From Candidatus Saccharibacteria bacterium UBA5170 (GTDB lineage: Bacteria; Patescibacteriota; Saccharimonadia; Saccharimonadales; Saccharimonadaceae): a DNA stretch of 64,000 bases. Positions 55,403 through 63,219 of the stretch are shown one piece after another (within the stretch, counting starts at the first letter, position 1; every line of letters begins with the position of its first letter). Position numbers and translations under genes: made by a program. The stretch lies in NCBI GenBank assembly GCA_002413425.1, contig DHWY01000003.1, positions 17,693 through 81,692 of the forward strand, in the 5' to 3' direction. Below the pieces are notes generated by a model. The model was not told the DNA's origin. It made no database searches and saw nothing but the letters and a program-made list of their open reading frames with translations.

Positions 55403-56203
55403 GTGAATACGGATGATTTTCAAGCTCTGGTGTGGCAACGGGGCCGCAAGCTATACCGCGCTATGCCGTGGAGGGACAACACTGATCCTTTCCTTGTGCT
55501 TGTGAGCGAGTTGATGCTGCAACAAACTCAAGTCGAGCGGGTAATCCCAAAGTTTAGTAGCTTTATTGCGCGTTTTCCTGACGTCTTTAGTCTCGCTTCG
55601 GCCTCACTGGCCGATGTGTTGATTGCCTGGAGCGGCCTTGGTTATAATCGTCGCGCCAAGTATCTCCACCTCGCAGCCAAGAAAATTGTCGCTGATTTCG
55701 GCGGCCTGGTTCCACACACCCAGGCAGAATTAGTCAGCCTGCCGGGAGTTGGTCCAAATACCGCTGCCGCCGTGCTGGCCTACGGGTTCAATCAACCAGT
55801 TGTCTTTGTCGAGACGAATATTCGCAGCGTGTATTTTTATCATTTTTTTGAGGACGTGACGAGCGTCAACGACCAAGAGCTCCGTGAAGTCGTCCGGACC
55901 ACGCTCGATAGTGCCCAGCCGCAGCGGTGGTACTGGGCGTTGATGGATTATGGCAACTCCCTGAAACGTCAGGGAGATGGGCCTATTTCTAAAAGTTCGC
56001 ATTATAAAAAACAAACACCGCTCAAAGGTAGCCTGCGCGAGGTTCGGGGCCAGATTCTTCGCCGACTGACGAGGAGTGACGCGACTGAAGCCGAGCTAAG
56101 AAAAGAACTGGTGGCCGATAATCGTTTTGCAACTGCGCTGGAAGATCTAATCCAAGATGGCATGGTAGAGCGCAGCAGCGGTCAACTTCATTTGACCAAA
56201 TAG
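55403..56203 (+). CDS. MutY/EndoIII-family HhH-GPD glycosylase lacking the Fe-S cluster loop
   Basis: 266 aa. PWRDNTDPFLVLVSELMLQQTQVERV (MutY N-terminus with catalytic-position Glu). HhH LPGVGPNTAAAV. No cysteine anywhere in the protein. Confidence 0.8.
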   Translation: MNTDDFQALVWQRGRKLYRAMPWRDNTDPFLVLVSELMLQQTQVERVIPKFSSFIARFPDVFSLASASLADVLIAWSGLGYNRRAKYLHLAAKKIVADFGGLVPHTQAELVSLPGVGPNTAAAVLAYGFNQPVVFVETNIRSVYFYHFFEDVTSVNDQELREVVRTTLDSAQPQRWYWALMDYGNSLKRQGDGPISKSSHYKKQTPLKGSLREVRGQILRRLTRSDATEAELRKELVADNRFATALEDLIQDGMVERSSGQLHLTK

Positions 56204-56229
56204 CCCCCTTCGTTAGATAATAGAATGAC

Positions 56230-56778
56230 ATGCGTATTACAACCCAATCTTTGACCCTGTACCTGTTTATGGTGATAGCGCTGACGAGCGTGCTGTTTGG
56301 TATTGTATCGGCCCAAGCTGCCCCGATGACTGACGAGCAAATCGGGCGTATTCGTACCAGTTGTGTCAGCGCCAAAAATACCCTGAACCAACTTCATGCC
56401 AGTGATGCACTACTTCGCGTCAATAGGGGTCAACTCTACGAATCGATGTCGACAAAACTGATGGCGCGCTTTAATAGTCGAGCAGATAGCAATCATTTAG
56501 ACACTAAAGATCTAACGACAGTTACCCAAAGTTACGGAACGGTCTTAACGACTTTTCGTGAAGATTACAAAAGCTACGAGATTCAGTTGGCGACTGCGCT
56601 GACAATTGATTGCTTGAAGGAGCCTGTCTCTTTTTATGATGCTGTCGCTCTTACTAGAACCAAGCGAGCTCAGGTTCACGTCGACGTGATAAAGCTTCAC
56701 CAGTACATCGATGACTATAAAGTCGCCTTTGATGCCTTTGCGGCTAATCTCAATAAAACCGACGGAGTCACCAAATAA
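56230..56778 (+). CDS. Hypothetical secreted helical protein (182 aa)
   Basis: Signal-peptide-like N-terminus ending VSAQAAP. Stop overlaps the next start (TAATG). Confidence 0.55.
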   Translation: MRITTQSLTLYLFMVIALTSVLFGIVSAQAAPMTDEQIGRIRTSCVSAKNTLNQLHASDALLRVNRGQLYESMSTKLMARFNSRADSNHLDTKDLTTVTQSYGTVLTTFREDYKSYEIQLATALTIDCLKEPVSFYDAVALTRTKRAQVHVDVIKLHQYIDDYKVAFDAFAANLNKTDGVTK

Positions 56779-57152
56779 TGGATGAGCACGCTGAAGAACT
56801 GTCTATTGAGTTGTCGTTTTGGGATAAGCATCGGTTTTTGCTGCTTATTGCCATCACGATAGCGATTGCTCTATTCCTCGTTGGGGTGAGTATGGCGCTC
56901 TATGCCAGCAGTGGGGCTGCTCAACTTGACCTCAGCCGCCCTGGTTATCGCGCCGTCAGTAGCCAGGCTATTAACACCGATAGTGATTTTGAAAACTATG
57001 CGTCTTTTGGACAACTCGACAAAGCTGCTCTGGATGAATTTAACACTCTGTACAGTAAGCAGGCCTCGAAGGCAAAAGCCGTTGATGCGTTCAGCGGCGA
57101 TCCGTTGAATCCAGACGCCCTCGAAATCAGTGCACCAACGCCAACCAACTAG
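56778..57152 (+). CDS. Hypothetical membrane-anchored protein (124 aa)
   Basis: Single TM (FLLLIAITIAIALFLVGVSMALY). Translationally coupled to the previous ORF. Confidence 0.5.
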   Translation: MDEHAEELSIELSFWDKHRFLLLIAITIAIALFLVGVSMALYASSGAAQLDLSRPGYRAVSSQAINTDSDFENYASFGQLDKAALDEFNTLYSKQASKAKAVDAFSGDPLNPDALEISAPTPTN

Positions 57153-57155
57153 ACG

Positions 57156-58406
57156 TTATTGGCCGAGCTTTTGGCGTAACCAGCCGTCAATCGCACCGGC
57201 GCCCATCCCTAACACCAGCTTGCCCTCGTCGCGGGCTGCTTGAATGATATCCCAGAGTTCATCGTTAAAATCAGCCACATGAATACGTGCTTTGTTAGTG
57301 ATATTTTGAATTAAGTCTTCTGGCTGCAGGACCTCAAGGTTTGGATCTTCACGCGACAAATAAGTGGGGAGCCAATAAACATCTTCGGCTAGCTCGAATT
57401 GATTAGTATAGCCGTCGCGGATTTCGTGCTGCCGAATATTCTGGTGGGGTTGATATACCAGCACGACGTGGTCCGAGACCTCACGGGCTAGCTGCAGGGT
57501 GGCGGTAATCTCGACGGGATGATGACCATAGTCACTATATAAATTATCGGCTAGTTTCTCAAAACGTCTATCGGTGCCAGGGAAGTGTGAGACGACGCCA
57601 TCGGTATCTTGGATAAAGCCGAGACGTTTGATAGCTGTTTGCACCAGCGTGGCGTTACGGCGGTTATAGAGGCCACTGACGCCAATAGTCTGGTTGATTT
57701 GTGACGGGTCGAGCAGACTGACTTGAAAGAGTCCGTCGAAGACTTCGGCGTGTTGGTCATTCCAGGCGAGTACCTGCCGACTCTGAGAGGCAAACTGAGC
57801 AAACGCCTTCTGGTAATCTGCCTCCGCGGTATACGTATCAGAATGATCATAGTCAAGTGAGGTAATAATCGAGAGATACGGTGAAAAATGCAGAAAGTTG
57901 CGGTCAAATTCGTCGCATTCGTAGACAAAATACTCACTCTGGGGGTCAAAGCGTCCGCTCGGCCCAAAGCCTATGGTCGTCCCAATCGAATAACTGACCG
58001 GCACGTTGAGTTGCTGCAGCGTCCAAACAAACATTCCTGTGGCAGTTGTTTTACCGTGTGTGCCAGCTACAGCAATCAGTTTCAGCTGTTTTTCACTGAT
58101 AATATGGGCGAGCAACTCGTCCCGCTTAGCTACTCTTATGTTCAGTCGTTTGGCAAGTAGTAGCTCGGTGTGGGTGGGGGGTAACGCGGCCGTATACACG
58201 AACCAATCAATCGGTTGGGCATCGTGACTCGCTTGCAGGAAGCTTCCATCTTGGCCGATATGGACCTGTATGCCACGAGCTTGCAGCTTTTCCGTCATCA
58301 GACCTGTCTCACGGTCCGATCCCATAACGTTATAGCCAGCGTCATGGCAGATTTCGGCCAACGGGCCTAAGCCAACACCGCCGATACCGGAAAAGTAAAT
58401 ATTCAT
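57156..58406 (-). CDS. murC: Mur ligase, UDP-N-acetylmuramate--L-alanine ligase-like (MurC or Mpl)
   Basis: Start set at MNIYFSGIGGVGLGPLAEI. AVAGTHGKTTATGM P-loop. 416 aa. MurC versus Mpl cannot be resolved by eye. Confidence 0.78.
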   Translation of the reverse strand: MNIYFSGIGGVGLGPLAEICHDAGYNVMGSDRETGLMTEKLQARGIQVHIGQDGSFLQASHDAQPIDWFVYTAALPPTHTELLLAKRLNIRVAKRDELLAHIISEKQLKLIAVAGTHGKTTATGMFVWTLQQLNVPVSYSIGTTIGFGPSGRFDPQSEYFVYECDEFDRNFLHFSPYLSIITSLDYDHSDTYTAEADYQKAFAQFASQSRQVLAWNDQHAEVFDGLFQVSLLDPSQINQTIGVSGLYNRRNATLVQTAIKRLGFIQDTDGVVSHFPGTDRRFEKLADNLYSDYGHHPVEITATLQLAREVSDHVVLVYQPHQNIRQHEIRDGYTNQFELAEDVYWLPTYLSREDPNLEVLQPEDLIQNITNKARIHVADFNDELWDIIQAARDEGKLVLGMGAGAIDGWLRQKLGQ

Positions 58407-58477
58407 ATGACCAGTATAACACTTGCGAACCAGAGGCAATCTGTGTTCTAATAGAGAAAAGAAGAAACATAAACAGT

Positions 58478-59692
58478 ATGCTACAAAACCTTATTTATAG
58501 ACTACTTGAACGACGCCATTTTTGGCGATACGCTTCATTTAGCGAAGTAGCCGAACTCTATACGTCACGAACGCTTCGGATTGTTGCCGTCTATATCGCC
58601 TCTGGGTTCGCTTCGGTCTATCTGTATCAAGAAGGCTATAGCCTGACGTTTATCATACAGGCCTGGGCCTTTTATTATTGTTTTAAAGTTCTACTTTCGT
58701 TCTTTTCGGCATATTTTGCCGCCCGTTTTGGTCCAAAACACGGTATTTTGATCAGCAATGTACTTCATATTCCGGCCATGGTCGCACTTGGCTTTGTGCC
58801 TAATATTGGCTTTGTCGGTGTTGTTATATGGGGTGTATTTATGGCTTTGTCGGCCTCAATCTACCAAATTTGTTACATGATAGACTTCTCGAAAATAAAG
58901 AACGTCGAACATGCTGGTAAGGAAATTGCGTTTATGAACATACTTGAAAAAATTGCCGTAGGGCTAAGCCCAATCATAGGTGGTCTCATTGCCCTCTGGT
59001 TCGGTCCGCAGGTGGTAATGTGGGTAGCGGCAGTATTTTTTATTCTTGCTGCCTTACCACTTCTAAGAACGGGCGAACAGGTTCATACTCATCAAAAAAT
59101 CGAATTTCGTGGTTTCCCATGGCGCATGGCTATGAGGAGTATGGTGTCAGAAATTGGAATTGGATTCGATATAATAGCAACGGCGACCGTATGGGGTTTA
59201 TTTATTGCTATAGTAATTTTTCCTGGCATTGGTGATGCAGTCTACGTGAAGTTAGGTGCGCTCTCGTCGGTTACTATTTTGGCAGCTATCGCCACTTCTT
59301 ACGCCTATGGAAAATTGATCGATAGAAGCCAGGGTGGCAACTTATTAAAAATAAGCGTCATAGTAAATGCGCTCGTTCATATCTCGCGACCTTTTGCTAC
59401 TACGCCAGCTGCAGTTGTGAGTACGAATATTACGAACGAAATAGCCACAACCGGGATTACCATGGCCTATATGCGTGGTGTATTTGATACGGCTGACTTA
59501 TCGGGGCATCGTATTATATATCTGTGTGCGACCGATGCTGTCGCAAATTTTGGAGCAATTCTTGCGTGTGTAATTTTACTAGCTTGTATCGCTTTGTTCG
59601 GTGATAGCGATGGGATGAGAATATTTTTCTTCGTCGCGGCTGGCTTTGTGCTACTAACTGGCACAGCAAGTTTTCGTCTCTATCGCAAATAA
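58478..59692 (+). CDS. MFS-like polytopic membrane transporter
   Basis: 404 aa, about 12 hydrophobic segments in two halves. Confidence 0.6.
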   Translation: MLQNLIYRLLERRHFWRYASFSEVAELYTSRTLRIVAVYIASGFASVYLYQEGYSLTFIIQAWAFYYCFKVLLSFFSAYFAARFGPKHGILISNVLHIPAMVALGFVPNIGFVGVVIWGVFMALSASIYQICYMIDFSKIKNVEHAGKEIAFMNILEKIAVGLSPIIGGLIALWFGPQVVMWVAAVFFILAALPLLRTGEQVHTHQKIEFRGFPWRMAMRSMVSEIGIGFDIIATATVWGLFIAIVIFPGIGDAVYVKLGALSSVTILAAIATSYAYGKLIDRSQGGNLLKISVIVNALVHISRPFATTPAAVVSTNITNEIATTGITMAYMRGVFDTADLSGHRIIYLCATDAVANFGAILACVILLACIALFGDSDGMRIFFFVAAGFVLLTGTASFRLYRK

Positions 59693-59737
59693 CCCCTTGT
59701 GTTATACTGAATGTAATTACTTATGGTGGGGTTATAG

Positions 59738-60370
59738 GTGGCTGACAAACGGCGAATAAAGCGGAATATCAAAGAGTTGCAACGAATCAAAACGTGGCAG
59801 CTTATTATTCTACTTATTCTAGCTAGTTTTGTGGCAGCCACTTTTTTGCGGCTCAATAATATCGGGATGGTCGAGAGACGCACGGCCGTCGTGACGGCGG
59901 ATGAAGCCGGAAACAGTCAGGTGACGATAAATAGATTGTATGATTTACAACGTTTTGTATCTGCTCATATGAATACCGATATGGGGAAGGGGTTGTACCT
60001 CGAAACAAGCTACAAACGAGATGATCAAGCAGCCGTTGACAGGGCCTCCCAAGACAGTAATCCCAACGGCAATATTTACAAAAAAGCCCAAGAGGTATGT
60101 GCACCACAATTTACTCGATATTCGTATGCTTATCTGCAATGCACCACTGGTGAACTGGCTAAATATCCCGCAGCTAGTGGCCTCGTCGAGTCGGCTAAAA
60201 GGCCTAACCCGGATAGCTATCTACACGTCTTCGCTTCACCCCTTTGGTCGCCTGATTTTGCCGGCTGGTCGGTGGTCGTTTGCCTAGTGATTACCCTCAT
60301 AATTATCGTTCGTCTGCTGAGCCTCGCTGCCCTTAGAATTATCCTCCACCAGCACTACAAGAGTGTATAA
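59738..60370 (+). CDS. Hypothetical protein with N- and C-terminal TM anchors (210 aa)
   Basis: GTG start. TM near aa 20-40 and aa 170-195, with an extracytoplasmic middle domain containing two Cys. Confidence 0.5.
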   Translation: MADKRRIKRNIKELQRIKTWQLIILLILASFVAATFLRLNNIGMVERRTAVVTADEAGNSQVTINRLYDLQRFVSAHMNTDMGKGLYLETSYKRDDQAAVDRASQDSNPNGNIYKKAQEVCAPQFTRYSYAYLQCTTGELAKYPAASGLVESAKRPNPDSYLHVFASPLWSPDFAGWSVVVCLVITLIIIVRLLSLAALRIILHQHYKSV

Positions 60371-60440
60371 ATATTGACACGGCGCTTTGCAGGTTGTACG
60401 CTAATTCTCGTAATAGCACTAATTGGAGGTATAAGATCTT

Positions 60441-60647
60441 ATGGCTTACAGCCACACAAACTCAAAGGGCGTCACATACTACTTGCACAGCACAGAAGTT
60501 ACGCTTCGTGGTGGCAAACCACAAACTATTTTCTTTTTCGCAAAAGTAGAAAAGAATGCCAAGGGTCACCCAGTTGATCTTCCCGCAGACCGAATGGTCA
60601 AAGAAAACCCACGTAACGGTTTCTTGACTGTCTCAAAGAAAAAATAG
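60441..60647 (+). CDS. Small basic protein (68 aa), unknown function
   Basis: GGAGG SD 9 nt upstream and a TTGACA-containing promoter at 60374. Terminator downstream. The overlapping track ORF 60374..60577 has no SD. Confidence 0.6.
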   Translation: MAYSHTNSKGVTYYLHSTEVTLRGGKPQTIFFFAKVEKNAKGHPVDLPADRMVKENPRNGFLTVSKKK

Positions 60648-60718
60648 TCTGATTTTAGACTTGCACCATAAGCACGTTTGGTAGTATAGTTATACCCAAA
60701 CAAACAGGTGTCGAAACT

Positions 60719-60742
60719 GCCCCCTCCCCGGGGGCTTTTTTT
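60719..60742 (+). terminator. Intrinsic terminator
   Basis: GCCCCC..CCGGGGGC stem followed by TTTTTTT. Confidence 0.65.
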
Positions 60743-60781
60743 GTGGTTCTTTAAGGGGAGATATAGTAAAATAGGTTTAGT

Positions 60782-61015
60782 ATGACAGTGATGGTAGAAG
60801 CGAGTAATCTCAAGAAGCGTTATGGCGACAAGCAGGCTGTTGATGGCGTCAGCTTCTCGGTCGAAAAAGGCGAGATATTTGGTATTCTAGGCCCAAATGG
60901 GGCCGGTAAAACCACCACGCTCGAGATGATGGAGACACTCCGTTCCATCGATGACGGGCAAGTGTTGATTGATGGCATTGACGCCATCGCTTTCAAAGTT
61001 TTCCGCTGGGAGTAG
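60782..61015 (+). pseudogene. Truncated ABC transporter ATP-binding gene (N-terminal 68 residues only)
   Basis: MTVMVEASNLKKRYGDKQAVDGVSFSVEKGEIFGILGPNGAGKTTTLEMMETLRSIDDGQVLIDGIDA, then 9 unrelated residues and a stop. Walker A is present. Q-loop, LSGGQ and Walker B are all missing. Confidence 0.75.
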
Positions 61016-61016
61016 A

Positions 61017-61045
61017 TTGACTGTAGTTACTACTTATGCTATAAT
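61017..61045 (+). promoter_or_regulatory. Consensus leaderless promoter of the 220-aa gene
   Basis: TTGACT (61017-61022), 17-nt spacer, TATAAT (61040-61045), 6 nt, ATG 61052. Confidence 0.6.
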
Positions 61046-61051
61046 AAAGTA

Positions 61052-61714
61052 ATGAGCGAAAAGACCACTTCATTACCAGAACAACCTCACTTTAGAATTA
61101 CCGAAAAGCAGCTTGACGATTACGTTGATCGAAGAGGTTGTTCGTATGATGACGCATATAGACATTTTGGAGTTACGCCAGATGAAGTTGGTTATGAGGA
61201 TGACCAGTTGTCACCCGAATCATTACTTATGGTTGCAACAAGTGAAGATGCAGCCCAACCTAGTGTGGTGGATAATCTTGCTGCAAGTAATACTTCCAGT
61301 CTTGATTCGTTAAAAAATATTAAGCCTGGACCTTCTTTAAGTCTTCTCGGGCGAGCAAAAGCACTAGGGACAATTATGGATTACTTTAACCAGAAGAATA
61401 AGACCGAAGGGGCGGATTTTTCGTCGGATTATAATGGTATGACTCGACGCTATGGTGCTCGCACGAGCGAGGTCATTGGAAATATGCATTCGAAGGCAAA
61501 CACACTTGGCGTACAAGCGCTTAAGGCTTTGGACATACTGTCTAACGGTGATTCTGGGGTTGCTATGCCGGTAGGGTATGACTATAGTGGCTCGATTCAG
61601 TCCGATTTGCTGGAAGATTTCGGTTCAGGTAGGGCGTACAAGCGCGATAGAGAAAAATTTCTGACAAAAGTATTTAAAACAGCCGGTACCACCAAGTCGA
61701 AACATAGGAAGTAG
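61052..61714 (+). CDS. Hypothetical protein (220 aa)
   Basis: Long ORF with its own promoter and a terminator hairpin (AAAATAACTCATT..AATGAGTTATTTT, 61720-61752). No recognisable domain. Confidence 0.55.
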   Translation: MSEKTTSLPEQPHFRITEKQLDDYVDRRGCSYDDAYRHFGVTPDEVGYEDDQLSPESLLMVATSEDAAQPSVVDNLAASNTSSLDSLKNIKPGPSLSLLGRAKALGTIMDYFNQKNKTEGADFSSDYNGMTRRYGARTSEVIGNMHSKANTLGVQALKALDILSNGDSGVAMPVGYDYSGSIQSDLLEDFGSGRAYKRDREKFLTKVFKTAGTTKSKHRK

Positions 61715-61754
61715 CACTAATTAAAATAACTCATTACAAAATGAGTTATTTTTT

Positions 61755-61830
61755 TGGTGGGGCTGGATAGAGTTGAACTATCTACCAAGTGGTTATGAGC
61801 CGCCTGCTCTAACCGATGAGCTACAGCCCC
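61755..61830 (-). tRNA. tRNA with CAT anticodon (elongator Met or lysidine-modified Ile2), CCA encoded
   Basis: The minus strand reads GGGGCTG TA GCTC ATCGGTTA GAGC A GGCGG CTCATAA CCACT TGGTA GATAG TTCAACT CTATC CAGCCCC A CCA. One C-A mismatch in the anticodon stem. Confidence 0.85.
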
Positions 61831-61888
61831 GCTCTGACATAGTATAGCCTATTGTTACCCGTGTGGGCTATAATATACAGTAACAATC

Positions 61889-62335
61889 ATGCAAAAAATT
61901 AACACTCGTCGCCTATATTATCGGATTCGTCACAAATACCTCACCCTTAATAATGCGGTGATTGCGGTGGCCTTTATTATTGCTGTCAGTTGGGTATGGG
62001 GTTCGTTGGGCGTTATGGAGCGTAACTATACATTACAAAAAGAAGTTGACTCTAAAAAGCGCGAACTTCAACTGGCCCAACTTGCCACCAGTAGCCTCGA
62101 GCTAGAAAAGCGCTATTATCAGACAAGAGAATACCAAGAGCTGGCCGTTCGCGAAGACCTGGGCCTGGTGCTTCCTGGCGAAAGGGTGCTGGTGCTGCCG
62201 GCCAATAGCCAGGCAGTCAAGGCCGCCGATGCGGCGACGGCAGCGCAAACATCGACCACGGCTCTGTCTGTCAGTAATTTTCGGCAGTGGGCAAATTTCT
62301 TATTCGGCGGCAATAGTAAAAGTATTTCTGGCTAG
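61889..62335 (+). CDS. FtsB/DivIC-like septum formation initiator
   Basis: 148 aa. N-terminal TM, coiled coil (KKRELQLAQLATSSLELEKRY), then YQELAVREDLGLVLPGERVLVL, typical of the family. Confidence 0.7.
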   Translation: MQKINTRRLYYRIRHKYLTLNNAVIAVAFIIAVSWVWGSLGVMERNYTLQKEVDSKKRELQLAQLATSSLELEKRYYQTREYQELAVREDLGLVLPGERVLVLPANSQAVKAADAATAAQTSTTALSVSNFRQWANFLFGGNSKSISG

Positions 62336-62384
62336 TCACGGGGCTTGCAAAAATGTCCCCTATCTGTTAATCTTGATGATGTGC

Positions 62385-62463
<79 letters not shown>

Positions 62464-62691
62464 GAAAATTCCCTCAGTCCAATGACTGGGGGACTTTTCT
62501 TACGCTGCGCGTGTAAAATTCAAACCTGCGACTATCGCCAGACGAGCTGGCGAGTCGTAGGTATCGTCTCGCCTTTGGCGCGACTCCTCCGCTTGTTCGC
62601 AAAATGAGCAAGCTAATTTTGCCACACTGCGCTCCGCCAAATCCTGCCCCGAAGTATCTATTCGAAGGCATGAGCGTTATAATAAACGATT

Positions 62692-63219
62692 ATGAACAAA
62701 AGGTGGGCAAAGCGACAACTCGGGTTTACAATAATCGAACTATTAGTTGTTATTGTCGTGATTGCCATTTTGGCGACGATTGTCATTGTGGCCTATACTG
62801 GCGCCCAAGCCAGAAGCCGGGACGCGCGTCGTAAAAGCGATATCGGTATTATTGTAGGCTACTTGGAGCTCTATGCATCCGAACATCAAGGTCTGTATCC
62901 AGTCAGTAGTGGCAGTACTACGATTAACGGGAGTTGGTCAACAACAGCCGATGCTAGTTGGTCAACTTTAGAGACGGCTCTTGCGCCGTATGGCAAGATT
63001 CCGAAAGATCCAATCTCAAAGCAAGGTGTGAGTGGTCTCTCCTCGTCAAACTATTCTTATTTTGGTGGTTATCAACCAACGACGTACTGTGGTGGCGGTT
63101 TACAGTATCTCATAACCTATCAGTTAGAAGCTGAGCCTAACGTAGCAACTGGCACCTGCCCAGCGACCAGTTTATCTTACAGTCCAACTGTCACGACTTA
63201 TAGAAAAATTACTAATTAA
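62692..63219 (+). CDS. Type IV pilin / pseudopilin (prepilin-type N-terminal cleavage/methylation domain)
   Basis: MNKRWAKRQLG|FTIIELLVVIVVIAILATIVIVAY: class III signal peptide with the G/F cleavage site and Glu5. Confidence 0.85.
   Translation: MNKRWAKRQLGFTIIELLVVIVVIAILATIVIVAYTGAQARSRDARRKSDIGIIVGYLELYASEHQGLYPVSSGSTTINGSWSTTADASWSTLETALAPYGKIPKDPISKQGVSGLSSSNYSYFGGYQPTTYCGGGLQYLITYQLEAEPNVATGTCPATSLSYSPTVTTYRKITN

Noticed and set aside
60374-60577. 67-aa ORF overlapping the 68-aa small basic protein gene.
   Set aside because: It starts inside the promoter (its ATG-equivalent overlaps the TTGACA box) with no SD. The 60441 frame has a GGAGG SD at ideal spacing.
61005-61022. Possible direct repeat of the tRNA(CAT) 3' portion at the truncation point of the ABC gene.
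   Set aside because: The similarity needs about four gaps over 20 nt and overlaps a consensus -35 box, so I cannot distinguish it from chance. It is mentioned in the finding only as weak evidence.
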